This document shows, piece by piece, positions 40,101 through 51,203 of a stretch of DNA of 64,000 bases (position 1 is the first letter of the stretch; each line of letters starts with the position of its first letter). The stretch is from NCBI RefSeq assembly GCF_022539665.2, contig NC_081332.1, positions 5,456,001 through 5,520,000 of the forward strand, given 5' to 3'. Below the pieces are notes generated by a model that was given only the letters and a program-made list of their open reading frames with translations, did not search any database and was not told the DNA's origin. This DNA is from Daphnia carinata. Lineage: Eukaryota. A program made the position numbers and the translations under genes.

Positions 40101-42438
40101 ATACGAACTAAGCCTGCATCTATCAACGACAATAGTAGCAGCGAAGCCAATTGTGAAATTATCAAAATAGCTAATCCTAATCCTTCTTCGGTAATGGTTT
40201 TTTAACAAAAATATTAACGAAACAGGTAAATAACTCCCTATTTATCTTTAGCCACTACGAAGGTCATCGACATCGAAGGAAATGTTACCGGTTAAAACGG
40301 AACCTGTTGAAAACGACGAAGAAGATGATGCTTCTTCTACAACAGGGTCCAAAACTTGTTCAATATCTTTAGCCATCGATAATGTTGTAGGCAACTACAA
40401 ACCACCGGTGGTTATAAAACCTAAACCTGAAATATCAGCGAAATCTACACTGAAGTCTGTTAGTAAACCTAACCCCTCGAAACCGCCGGGCTCGAAACCG
40501 TCGACGCAAAAATTTAGATCCACGCCTAAAACAATGCAAAATCGTCCATCGTCTGTGAAAATGATGCCGACTTCTAAGACAAATGCCAAGACTAATAGGC
40601 GTTTGGTTGGAGATGAGGAGGAGGAAGAACTCGACCCTGCCATGTACCTTGATCCTACGATTACGATCACATTGATAAACAGCGATGAGAAAAAAGCAAC
40701 AAGCAAACATGTCAGTGACGTCGCAAGTGCTAGCTCTATTAGCTCCAGCGATCTTCAGGTATTTCGTTTTGTTTATCTCAGTCATCCTGATGTTATTTAT
40801 TTTTTGTATTACCGTAGGCTTTGAATGCTCTGGGAGAAAATGTATCCATCACTGTTGTCCCTAAACGAAAGGTGGGACCGACCCCAACAGGTGGGAGCAG
40901 GTCTAAGGAGAACGAAGCTGTAGAACAGCCTATGGTAATTGAAGTGGATCCAGTTGCACTTCAAAAGGCGAAAGCACCGACTCAAACGGCCAAGGCACGG
41001 AAGTCGTTCCCTGCTAAGACACGCCCAAGTGGCCATTCTGGCCAAGCACCAGTGCAAAAATCCTCACAGAAACATGCGACTCCTCCTATGGTGTCCATTC
41101 CCAGTCGCCATTTGGGTATGGAGATAGCTCGACCAACAACCCAGCAACCGCCATCATCCCGCATTCCGTCAATTACCGTCCGACCGGTGACACAATTGCC
41201 TGCGTCCCAACCTAGTATCATTCTTCAGCCAGGATCGACTGATACATCATCCATTAATGCCATCGCTGCTGCGATGAAACAAACGAATTCGTCATCATCA
41301 ACGGCAACCAGCAGTACGGGAAACAATACGCTTACGCTAAATACAATGCACACCGTTGGGCCAGAATCAGGATTTGGCACTGGTGGACTGTTGCTCACAT
41401 TTAATCGCACTACACCGGCATTTGCCGCAGCAGCCAGCGCGACCCCATCGGCTGCTCAGGCGCTCATCCAAAGCAAAGGGGATTGTGGATCGCTTACCGC
41501 CCAGCTAACTTCTAGAACACAGCAAATTTCGGAGATGGTACCGGCAGATTTATCTTGTTATTTATCGTAAACAGAAGTATTCATATTTTCTGTTTGAAAT
41601 AGGTGCGCAATACATTGGAGACATTGATGCAGGAGATGAGTTCTGCAGGGAACTTAGAAGCAACAATCGTTCAGTTACAAATGGATCTAGAACGTTCTCG
41701 TTCATTACACCAACAGGAGATTGCTGAAATGAAAAAGACCCTAGAAGCTCAACAATCGTCTGCCGAGGTAGAAAAGCAGCGAGCCCTAGCTGACCTACGG
41801 CGTCAACTCGAAACAGACAAGCAGAAAGCGATTGAAGAAATCAAGAAAAAGCAGTGGTGCGCCCATTGCAGTCAAGAAGCGATTTTTTATTGGTATTGCT
41901 AGAAGCAAAAACAAAAACAGATGACGTGGATTTAGTTATTCTCTGCCGATTTTTTAGTTGTTGGAACACAGCGTACTGCGACTACCCCTGCCAGCAAGCC
42001 CATTGGCCAAAGCATATGGCTACCTGTGCCAACGCTAATCAGAATACGGAAGCAGATGTCACAGAAGGGGAAGCTTGCAGTACTTCTTTAGAATCCAAAA
42101 CTCCTTCTCCACAAAAGTCGATTGCGGTATCTATATTTTGGTTTCTGAAGTTCATAACAAATTTAGTTAATTGAGCGAGAAAATTTCTATATGATATAGG
42201 CTGTGAACGGGTCTCCTAGCCAAAGTAGAAAGATCACCTCTATAGTCAAGACTGGCCAGCATACTTCATTACCTACTGATCTGGGTTACACAGTTCTGAC
42301 CTCTTCGGATATGTCCTTGACTACCTCGCCGAGTAACACTGTTGGATTACGTGTCCAGCCAATTACTGGAGCACAGTCAGTCACTTTTTGTCTTACTTGC
42401 GAAAACTTTTACTAATAGGTGTCTTTATTAACAGGTAA
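37156..42438 (+). CDS. ZMYND8: ZMYND8/PRKCBP1 (RACK7)-like PHD-Bromo-PWWP-MYND chromatin reader; last exon boundary uncertain
   Basis: PHD ([24 protein letters not shown]), bromodomain ([29 protein letters not shown]), PWWP ([28 protein letters not shown]) and MYND ([40 protein letters not shown]). Confidence 0.9.
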
Positions 42439-43031
42439 TCCCATCTTAAGCCACAGCGATCGCCTTATTGGTCTTGACACTTGTTCGTCGCGTCCTCCAA
42501 TCCATTTGACGAAATAGATTCTGCTTTCATCGATTGCTCCACAAACTGGTAAGTGTTTAAAAAGTATGGGAGGGATCAGCGTTAGTGAATAAGGAACTTC
42601 AGCATAGGCATTGCTTGGAGAAATCATTTTTCTTTTTATGTTTAATAATTCTACTGTACGTTTACCATACTGTACACATCAGCCAACCTGGTAATCCTAA
42701 ATCCTTTACTGTTTCACTTAAAATTGTGAAGCTCCAAAAGAAGCCTCGTACGCGTTGTTGACGCGAAGCTCATGGAATTTGTGTATGTACAATCAATGTG
42801 TAAGACATGTCCGCTTTATAAAAAATGATTTGCCAGAGAATGACACCGTTACTCAAGAAATATCGTGCTCTATGCTGTTGTTGCTTTCTAATTTTTCAAC
42901 ACAGATTTCGATGAAATAAAGCTATTTTTGGCTTTTACAGATTCATCCGTTTCGGTTGTCAAAATGGTTAGAAAGAAAACTATGGAACTAACTATTATTT
43001 CAAAAACTACGCGTTTTTTTCTTCTATAGCT

Positions 43032-44387
43032 TTACACGAATAAATCGCATTCAAGCTCTTGCCTGTAAGGAAAACTAGTTTGAGTGCCGGCCTTTTGAAC
43101 ACTCTTCGACGCAACACGGCATGAATTTACCACCGCTTTACTCAATGGGAAGTCTGGATGATAAGCCAGGAAATAGGCAAGCGCTCCCAAAAAGCAATCT
43201 CCAGCACCCTAAGAAAAACAATAAGTTTAACGCGGTCTTTTGATGATCTGCATCGAACGCACCGTGGTATCAATGGCTTTAACCTCCGGAGCTGTAACAG
43301 ACACAGGCTCGAGGAAGCCGTTTTTGCCATTTCTTGAAAGCAGAAGGGCCCCTTGTTTTCCCAGAGTGACGAGTACGTGTTTCTTGCATCCTTTTCCCAT
43401 TAAACGGTGAGCTGCTGATAGTGCTTCATCATGGCTTGTAACTGGTTGACCGATTAGCATTTCGGCCTGTCAGTGGATGGTAGGTTTAAATGTTTCGTTT
43501 CTTGTTTGTGTACACATAACATAATACCTCCGTCTCGTTGACGCAGAAAATATCTGCGAGCTCATAGAAATCCTTCTCTAAATTTTCCACAGCCGGGGCG
43601 GCATTTAATATTGTGAAAACTACAATCCAAAGACGAATCTTAAGGTTCCCGCACATACTTAATTTTAAAACGGTGATTGTTTACCTCCAAGCTCATTTGC
43701 CAGTTTTAACCCGGTTAAAACAGCTTCGCGTGGAATTTCAAGAACTGAAAGCATGATTTTGGCTTTGGCAAGCGTGTCCTTCGAATTATTCACATCCTGA
43801 GCTGTCAAATAATTATTTGCTCCAGGAACAATGACGATACTATTCTGGCCGCTGTCTTCGACGATAATTTGAGCCAACCCTTCATCGCAGGTACATTCAT
43901 TATTCTAAGCAGAAGTTATTACAGAAGTAGATCTTCAATCATATTACCTGTTAAAGCTTCAGATGTGAGACACACAAAGTCAGTAATAATTTGCTCTTTC
44001 TTAAGAGCATCCAAGTAGGATTTTCCAAACGAATCATTTCCTAACTTAAACATTAAGGACCACACATATTTTGGTGAACTATGCTTGCAAATGAGATGTG
44101 TTCATACCTTCCCAATAATGGCAGTATTTGCTCCAAGTCGAGTAGCACTTACAGCTTGGTTGGCACCTTTTCCTCCACAACAGATGGCAAGCTTAGAACC
44201 ACACAGTGTTTCACCCACTCTGGGCAGATGGCTGACATAGCTAGAAGTGCATAACAAAAAAATTTTCTTTTGAACTAAATAATCTAGAATACATTTCTCC
44301 CCAACACATTTTCAGCATGACCTACCTTACAACATCTGTCATGAATGAACCCAAGACAACAATATGTGCCTGTTGATGCAGTGCCAT
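43032..44387 (-). CDS. RBKS: Ribokinase (PfkB family)
   Basis: IVVLGSFMTD, GGKGANQ, GQNSIVIVPGAN, ILNAAPA, CVNETEAE, VTLGKQG, AIDTTGAGDCFLG and C-terminal GTQTSFP. Confidence 0.94.
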
Positions 44388-45222
44388 ATTTATTATTGAA
44401 TTGAAAGTGAAATGTTTTTCACCTTCCGTTATTTACCACTTGGATAATACTTTGGAAACAAAGGTCACTGCAAAGCAAGATAAATGTAGTTAGACCTTGC
44501 ACCTATAAGGGCTAGAACTAGCTAATGTCAAATAAGCTTTTTGTCCAAATAAAATATGGGATTGAATTCAATTTTGCAGCAATAAGCTACTTTTCCGTAG
44601 CATAACAAGAGACCACCAATTTGAAATGATAGTCTAGGACAAACAGGTGGTTTCCTGATTGAGGAAGCGAACTATGGCCAAGGTAGTAGAAACCGAGGTA
44701 GAAATAGATCTAACGTCAGTCAAAAACTCAACATATTTAAGCTGAACTGCGTTGAACATGTTATTCCTAGCAGACGGACTATCAAAGTTTTCATAATTTT
44801 TTTCGCCTAATAGCCTGAAAAGCGAAAAAAATTGAAAAAAAGACGGGAGTAGTTATATTTATGTATTCATTGTAAAGTCAAACTAATGTAGTTATCTATC
44901 ATGTATAATTTTATTATTTATTAATTTTTTGCTTTTCTTTTGTCATTCTTTGGCTTCTGTGTTGTACCTAAAAAAAAAAAGTAAAGGGAGATTTTTTTAC
45001 CATGAGCTGGCAAAAAAGCTATGAAGTAGTAAAAGAGCAAGGCGAAAGAAAAGAAAAAAACGTACAATGAATATATTTTTGCATACGCTATTAAATTATT
45101 GCTTCTTTGCACATTGTATAATCCAAGAAGCATACCAACTAAAAAATGAAAAGTTATCAATTAAAATAACCAAAACAAATAATTCGTGCAAAAACTTGTA
45201 TTTAAAATGACTTCATGAAATT

Positions 45223-45622
45223 TCATCCAAGAACCAATTTCATCAAGATGACAACTATGTTTATGAATATCAATGGAACTGAAAATGACAGAAGCACAAT
45301 AAAGACCACATTTTTAAAAAATCTCAGTAGTATAACTTACTCCTCATAACAGTCCTCACAGAGCGCATCAGATTCAACATTTGGAGTTTGACACTTGGTC
45401 CACTTCCATAAGCCTGAACTTGCTCTCCTCCCCAACCAACTAAAGAAACGACAAGTCAAGACATCTTTATTTAGACAAGAGACGTAAGACCTTCCTTGGG
45501 TAAACATAGTTATGGTTTTACATATCCATACCTTTTGCGAGAAATCTTTCTTCATGTAAAATACAGATAGCATTAAAAAAAAGAAGTGAAGCCTCTATCA
45601 AGCCCCACAATGTAAATGCCAT
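45223..45622 (-). CDS. IER3IP1: Immediate early response 3-interacting protein 1 (Yos1 family), 81 aa, 3 exons
   Basis: Exons 45622-45532, 45439-45341 and 45278-45223 (GT-AG) translate to MAFTLWGLIEASLLFFNAICILHEERFLAKVGWGGEQVQAYGSGPSVKLQMLNLMRSVRTVMRIPLIFINIVVILMKLVLG*. Confidence 0.95.
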
Positions 45623-45794
45623 CTTTTTTCTTATTCGAAGTGTAAAGATTGTTTAAAGTATACGTAATATTCCAAAACAGTACGACTGAACCGTAACTTT
45701 TCAAAGAGGCATAACTGAGAGCTGATCACTCAAATAATAGCCAAACACAACGTTTTAATGTCGTCTGCTAGAACGACTACTAGTCGATAGAGCT

Positions 45795-46140
45795 CCAGTA
45801 CGCTACAGTGCTAGTACGACACATAAATATTTTAGATTATTCAAAAACTATAAACTTCACGTAAAAAAAACTGTCATTTTCGTGTTCCTTGTTAAATTTG
45901 AATCAGAATCATATATAGTTATCTTGATTTAATGATATTACTTTTTAATGGGAAAAAATTTTAAGCCCCACAAAATAAGCCCGACTTTCTGTTTTTTATG
46001 GTTTATTCAAAAAGTATAGGCTTAATATAAAAATGAACCCGGTTTTCGTGCTCAGCGATCAATTTCGAATCGGAATAACATATTTTAACCTAAATCTAGA
46101 ATTTGACGAAAATTGAAAAAGTGGGAAGGCTATAGCCTTC
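45795..46140. repeat. AT-rich interspersed repeat module (non-autonomous transposon-like), left flank
   Basis: Recurs inverted at ~51655-51885 and in direct orientation at 51507-51580 and from ~51919; CCAGTACGCTA at 45795, 51919 and 52149. Confidence 0.7.
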
Positions 46141-46152
46141 CCATAAGGCCCT

Positions 46153-46310
46153 TATGGCAATCCGTTTTACCCAAAAAAAAAAAAATATCGGTCTTTTTTT
46201 CTGTTTCACTTCTATCGCCATCTACCGGTCGATAGCAGTAAAACAAAAAGAAAGGTCGATATTGTTTTTTTTGGGGGGCAGGGAGGGGTGGGGTAAAACG
46301 GATTGCCATA
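46153..46310. mobile_element. MITE-like palindromic element
   Basis: Perfect 20-bp terminal inverted repeat TATGGCAATCCGTTTTACCC / GGGTAAAACGGATTGCCATA, including terminal TA. The interior is imperfectly palindromic, and a half copy lies at ~51204-51283. Confidence 0.6.
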
Positions 46311-46829
46311 GATTGCATCAAAGTTACCCATTCGGCAACCCAAGTGTGCATATGTTTTTCTTTGATAATTATTTTATTTTGCTAGTATGTTTGGTAAACT
46401 GCAATCGTGCCCAATATTTTTGCCTTTGCATTTAAGGTCAACTCTTACGTCATCTATACCTGATCCTGTGTTTTAAAGTGATCTGCTTTCACAGCTACAT
46501 TTCTGTGTTCTTTCCCATTGGTCTATGGTTCTGAATTGAGGCAACTATATCTATTATGCTATGTCACTAAGTACCGTAGGGAAAAGAATAACTGAAGTTG
46601 ATTGAGATCTATTCTGATTCTCCTGATATCCATCTCAATAGGTTTTTATTTGCTTTTCAACATCCATTTCATAATGGTACATGTGGCTTTGATTAATATT
46701 ACCATAAACACTGCCAAAAATGGGTGTGGTATGGAAACCTAGAAATGGCATGAGTTTGACATCAAACATGGATTAGGTACTTTTCGGTTTTTTATCTATC
46801 AAAAAAGTATTTTTAATGCTATTATTTTG

Positions 46830-48000
46830 CATTCACAGAAGTTTAGCGGGGGATCAAGTCCAGTCTGGAAGTGTTACAGGATGGAAGAGTGAGCCTACAG
46901 TTGAAAAAACACTGAGAGTGCATTACCATTAAGGTATGAGGTAAAGTAATAGAGTATGCACATTGTCTAATGAGAAGTACCATCTTGTGTAAATGAATCT
47001 TGTATAACAGCAATCCTTTATAGTTCTGTCACAGCTAGAAGCCTCAAATAATTCTGCTTCTCTTGCTAAAAACAACTTGTCCTTTACGTTCAGAGTGTTG
47101 GTGAAGCTGGGTACTTAAATGGCCCTAAAGATGTTTCACTTCGCTGGCATTGCAGCGATGAACATCATACATGGACTCTTTAGGTATGAACGGAATTTTC
47201 TTGAAAAATTTTGAATTTATGATGAACCATTTCTCCTCCTTTTTGCCAACCATGTCTAATCTACAAAAAAAATTTATCCAATAGGAAAGGATTTTCAGCA
47301 TACTGGGAACACAACTATCAACAATGCAACATTCTACAGGTGCTATTTTATCATTCAAGAGCCTTGTACAATGATTTTCATCTGCAATTTGTATGGCCTT
47401 TCCCAAGCTTCTGCCAGAAGTTGAATCTATGAGTCATGTAAGTCACATGAGCAACAACTGAGATGCTTAATGGTGTTGTTTTTCTTTTCTCAGTATAGGT
47501 TAATAGTAACATTGGATCTGAAAAGATTCTTGGTTGGGGCAAGACACTGAATAAATTGTAATGATTCGATGGATGACATGACATTTCTATACTACATTCG
47601 GATTCTCGAGACGGTATTTTATATTTTAAAAATTGAAGTGCATATCTGGGCTCCCTTCCTTTCCGTAGCCCCGTTTCCCCTTGACTCATAATAAGCCCGT
47701 AGGGGGTCATGCCCCTACTGTACGGTATATATAAAAACAACATATACCGAGGTTTGGAGGGCTCTGGCCGGAAAGGGGACGTGGGGTGCCGCTTCGTCCG
47801 ATGATGTGTTCACGGAGGGTGACGTGGCTGCCCACAAATCCGAACTAAAGGTTAATCGCTCCTGTAAAAATGTTCCAAATCTTCAGCTCTTCTTCCGGCT
47901 TCTCTTAGCCAATCACCGGGTAATCTCCCCGGTGGGTCAACAAGGCAGTGTCTCCCCCTGCCTGGGTTGACGGCAACTTTTGAAAGGGCTATTGTGCCTT
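46830..48000 (+). pseudogene. Decayed intron-containing gene of unknown family (left paralogue); 5' boundary approximate
   Basis: GT-AG bounded exon-like blocks with stops; peptides AICMAFPKLLPEVESMSH|VNSNIGSEKILGWG align with the minus-strand copy. Confidence 0.45.
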
Positions 48001-48236
48001 TTTAAAGTTGCAAAAATAATTGTAATGTGCAGAGAATTGTCAATAAAATTTTTTTTATAAAATATTTTTTCCAAAATTTGTTTCTTTCATTGTCTGTTAT
48101 CGCTGTGTTTACACATTACATTTATCAACTTTTTTTTTATTTAGCTTGCCCAATTCAACTTTATTGTTTTTGCCACCTTTGATGGTAAGCATTGTTTGAA
48201 TTGGTTTATCGTTTATCTGTAGGCATTCAATCATTA

Positions 48237-48296
48237 TCCAGGGATCGAACCCTGGATGTTCGGCATACCGCGCCGATGCTCTACCAATGAGCCATG
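48237..48296 (-). pseudogene. tRNA-like (SINE-head-like) element
   Basis: Minus strand reads TGGCTCATTGGTAGAGCA (A box, D arm), TCGGC-N7-GCCGA (anticodon-like stem) and CCAGGGTTCGATCCCTGG (B box, T arm). No good acceptor stem. Confidence 0.65.
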
Positions 48297-48423
48297 AATC
48301 ATATAATGAAAAGCTGGCTTTTTTCTAGTCACTTGCGGACTTGCATTTACACTTAGAATAAAACTGAAATGCAATACTGCAAAATTCTTTTCTACAATTA
48401 TTCTCCCTCATTTTTTAACATCT

Positions 48424-48484
48424 ACTGAGATTTGAACCCAGGGTAACAGATATCGCAGCTAAAGACAGTACCACAGAGCTATGG
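48424..48484 (-). pseudogene. Degenerate tRNA-like element
   Basis: Minus strand has TAGCTCTGTGGT (A-box-like) and GGGTTCAAATC (B box) at tRNA spacing. Confidence 0.45.
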
Positions 48485-48587
48485 TCCTTACGAAAGCTAT
48501 AGACAGATAAACATATAGTTGTGAAGGACTGCATAAACATCTTAGACGATAACATATGATATGCGATAATAAAAAGTTTATATATAT

Positions 48588-48653
48588 CTCGTGGCTCAAT
48601 GTTAGAGCATCGGCGTTGCACGCTGAATGTCTGGGGATCGGTTCCCATACGAG
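48588..48653 (+). pseudogene. tRNA-like element, possibly tRNA-Ala(TGC)-derived
   Basis: GTGGCTCAATGTTAGAGCA, TCGGC-GTTGCAC-GCTGA, and a mutated T arm (GGGATCGGTTCCC); inverted homologue of 48237-48296. Confidence 0.55.
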
Positions 48654-48999
48654 TAAAATAAAATACAAATTCAAAATTACTTCAGAAAACATCCAGGTAT
48701 TACACGTTATTCCTTGAATCTAAGTTGAAGAATTCAAAGAGTGTAATAAATAATAATTGAATTCTTACAGATAAATGATAGACCAGTGGAAACAATGCTT
48801 ACCATCAAAGGTGGCAAAAACAATAAAGTTGAATTGGGCAAGCTAAATAAAAAAAAAGTTGATAAATGTAATGTGTAAACACAGCGATAACAGACAATGA
48901 AAGAAACAAATTTTGGAAAAAATATTTTATAAAAAAAATTTTATTGACAATTCTCTGCACACTACAATTATTTTTGCAACTTTCTCAAAAGGCACAATA

Positions 49000-51140
49000 G
49001 CCTTTTCATACAAATTGCAGATGAAAAAAGTTGCCGTCAACCCTGTAGAAGGCAGTTGTGGGGAAGATCCTTGCCTATTGATTGACCCACCGGGGAGATC
49101 ATCATAAATTCAAAATTTTTCAAGGTGATTGGCATGTATGAGAGAAGCCGGAAGAAGAGCTGAAGATTTGGAACATTTTTACTGGAGCGATTAACCTTTA
49201 GTTCGGATTTGTCGGGTAGCCACATCGCCCTCCGTGAACACATCATCGGACTAAGCGGACCCCACGTCCCCTTTTTTTTCCGGCCAGAGCCCTCCAAACC
49301 TCGGTATATGTTATTTTTATATATACCGAAGATTTGGAACATTTTTACAGTAGGGATTTGTCGGGTAGCCACATCGCCCTCCGTGAACACATCATACGGG
49401 CTTATTACGAGTCAAACCTCGGTATATGGAAACGACCCCCTACGGGCTTATTACGGGCTACGGAAAGGAAGGGAGCCCAGATATGCACTTCAATTTTTAA
49501 ATAATTAATACCGTAATACGCGGGAATACACAGGCGACTGATGGAGGGAAATTCAATTCCGTACTTCAAATTATTATAACTTTTCGTTATCACATCCCAA
49601 CCAGAAACCTTCGCAGGTTCACTATTGCTATTAATCTAAATTAAGAAAATAAAACATAGATAAGCATAAGACGTTCTTATTGATATCGCTTACATGGTAC
49701 ATAAATTCATCATCTCCCATATTCCTGTAGATTCCTGGCAGGAGCTTCTAAAAGGCTATGCAGTTGCAAATGATCACCAAGCAAAACTTGAATACGAAAG
49801 TTTGGGAGAACCTTTCGTGTTGGCCACAGAGACCTTCCATGGGCTTTCCGATTGGACGTTCTATGTACCTTAAAAAAAAAAAAGAAGAAAGGTTACATAG
49901 TTGGTTGTTTTGATCACTAAACGTGAATGTAAAGAAGGTACATGGTCTCGGCAGTCTTGACGACAATTTCCATTATAACCTCATATCACCTCATTTTATG
50001 GAAAAAGAATTTCGTAGGCGACAGTTCAGAATAGAAAATGGTTGCATTCAAATCTTTTGACAGGTGGGATTAAGGAATGTCGCCTTAGGGAGTGCAAACC
50101 GCGATTTTCAAAACTATTAAATGCTTGTTAGCCATTGAAAGATTGCTGGCTGACGCAGACAATCGTTTGGGACATGATTAATGAGCTGTTTCGTGGATAA
50201 AGCTCGTTTTTTTTTAGTCCTCTCCAGGATGACATGAATTCCAGCATGTTCTACACATGTATCAGCACTTAGCGATACACCAATTAAAACAATTTAAAAA
50301 TATAAAATAGTACCACCTTTTAATGTTTTTGACTCCATGATTCATCTTCATTGCAATTGTGAAGGCAAGACAACTGACCTATGGTGATTTATTCATCGCA
50401 CTTGCCATAACCGTTTTCCCAATGTATCAGCTATTCTGCCAACAGTAGTTTACTAATACAACATTGACGATTAAAATTAGAAAACTAAACAAACTCAGCA
50501 GAAAAGCATTACCAGGGAGTAACATCTTGCATGTTGACGAAGAATCCTTGGTTTATCATGTACATGGCAGAATATCCACATTGCCTGGATGGCACAATCC
50601 TTTGCATAATCACACAAATAGTAACTAAAACATATTGAATTGAAACAAAATTTAAATGAAATTTTACCCAACAGCTGGCTGCACCTCTGAATTCCAAAAC
50701 TACGTCTACACATTCATATCAAGCTTTTCCAGCAAGTCTCACCTTTGGCATTTGTTTAAATCATTCCTTCAAAAATTTTTAATAAATGTAAATAAAGTAA
50801 ACAATTGATATTTATGTGACGTCGGAGTACCATTTGGCTGTCAAGCATTCCATACAAGATAGGCATTTTGAAGAATCAGTGGCAGCAATCAAGTGCTACA
50901 ATTTGAATATGGGCTAGGTGTTATAAGTTGCTGAGGGCTCTCAATCCCTAAACTGAACCTTGCTCACTGATGTGACAATCTATAAAAGGATTTAAATCTT
51001 AATTAATGAGACATGCAGGATACTGTATAAAATTATAGTCAAGATGGTACCAAATGCTGAGTTACTAGAAATTTTGCCTGGGAAATCTCCAACTGACCAT
51101 GTGAAACATAAGTCAGCTGTACTGCATTTGCAAATCCATT
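49000..51140 (-). pseudogene. Decayed intron-containing gene of unknown family (right paralogue); boundaries approximate
   Basis: Minus-strand peptides CIAF*KLLPG..MYH|INSNSEPAKVSGWD share an intron position with the left copy; several other GT-AG bounded blocks contain stops. Confidence 0.45.
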
Positions 51141-51203
51141 GTTCAAGTAACCATATCCAATCCATGTCTGAAGGAATGAATGGGAAAATTAAATAGGAAT
51201 CTG

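Larger units (their letters stand above)
47611..49514. repeat. Long inverted repeat: arms ~47611-48235 and ~48752-49514
   Basis: 48004-48197 is a near-exact reverse complement of 48790-48983. The outer parts match with indels, e.g. AAAAATTGAAGTGCATATCTGGGCTCCCTTCCTTTCCGTAGCCC at both ends. Confidence 0.93.

Noticed and set aside
48237..48653. Functional tRNA gene cluster
   Set aside because: Acceptor stems do not pair, and anticodon loops or T loops are non-canonical.
47611..49514. Intact TIR DNA transposon
   Set aside because: No target-site duplication or transposase seen, and homology continues beyond the apparent termini.
49925..49940. Partial miR-1-like string GAATGTAAAGAAG
   Set aside because: The 5' and 3' ends mismatch, and I see no complementary arm.
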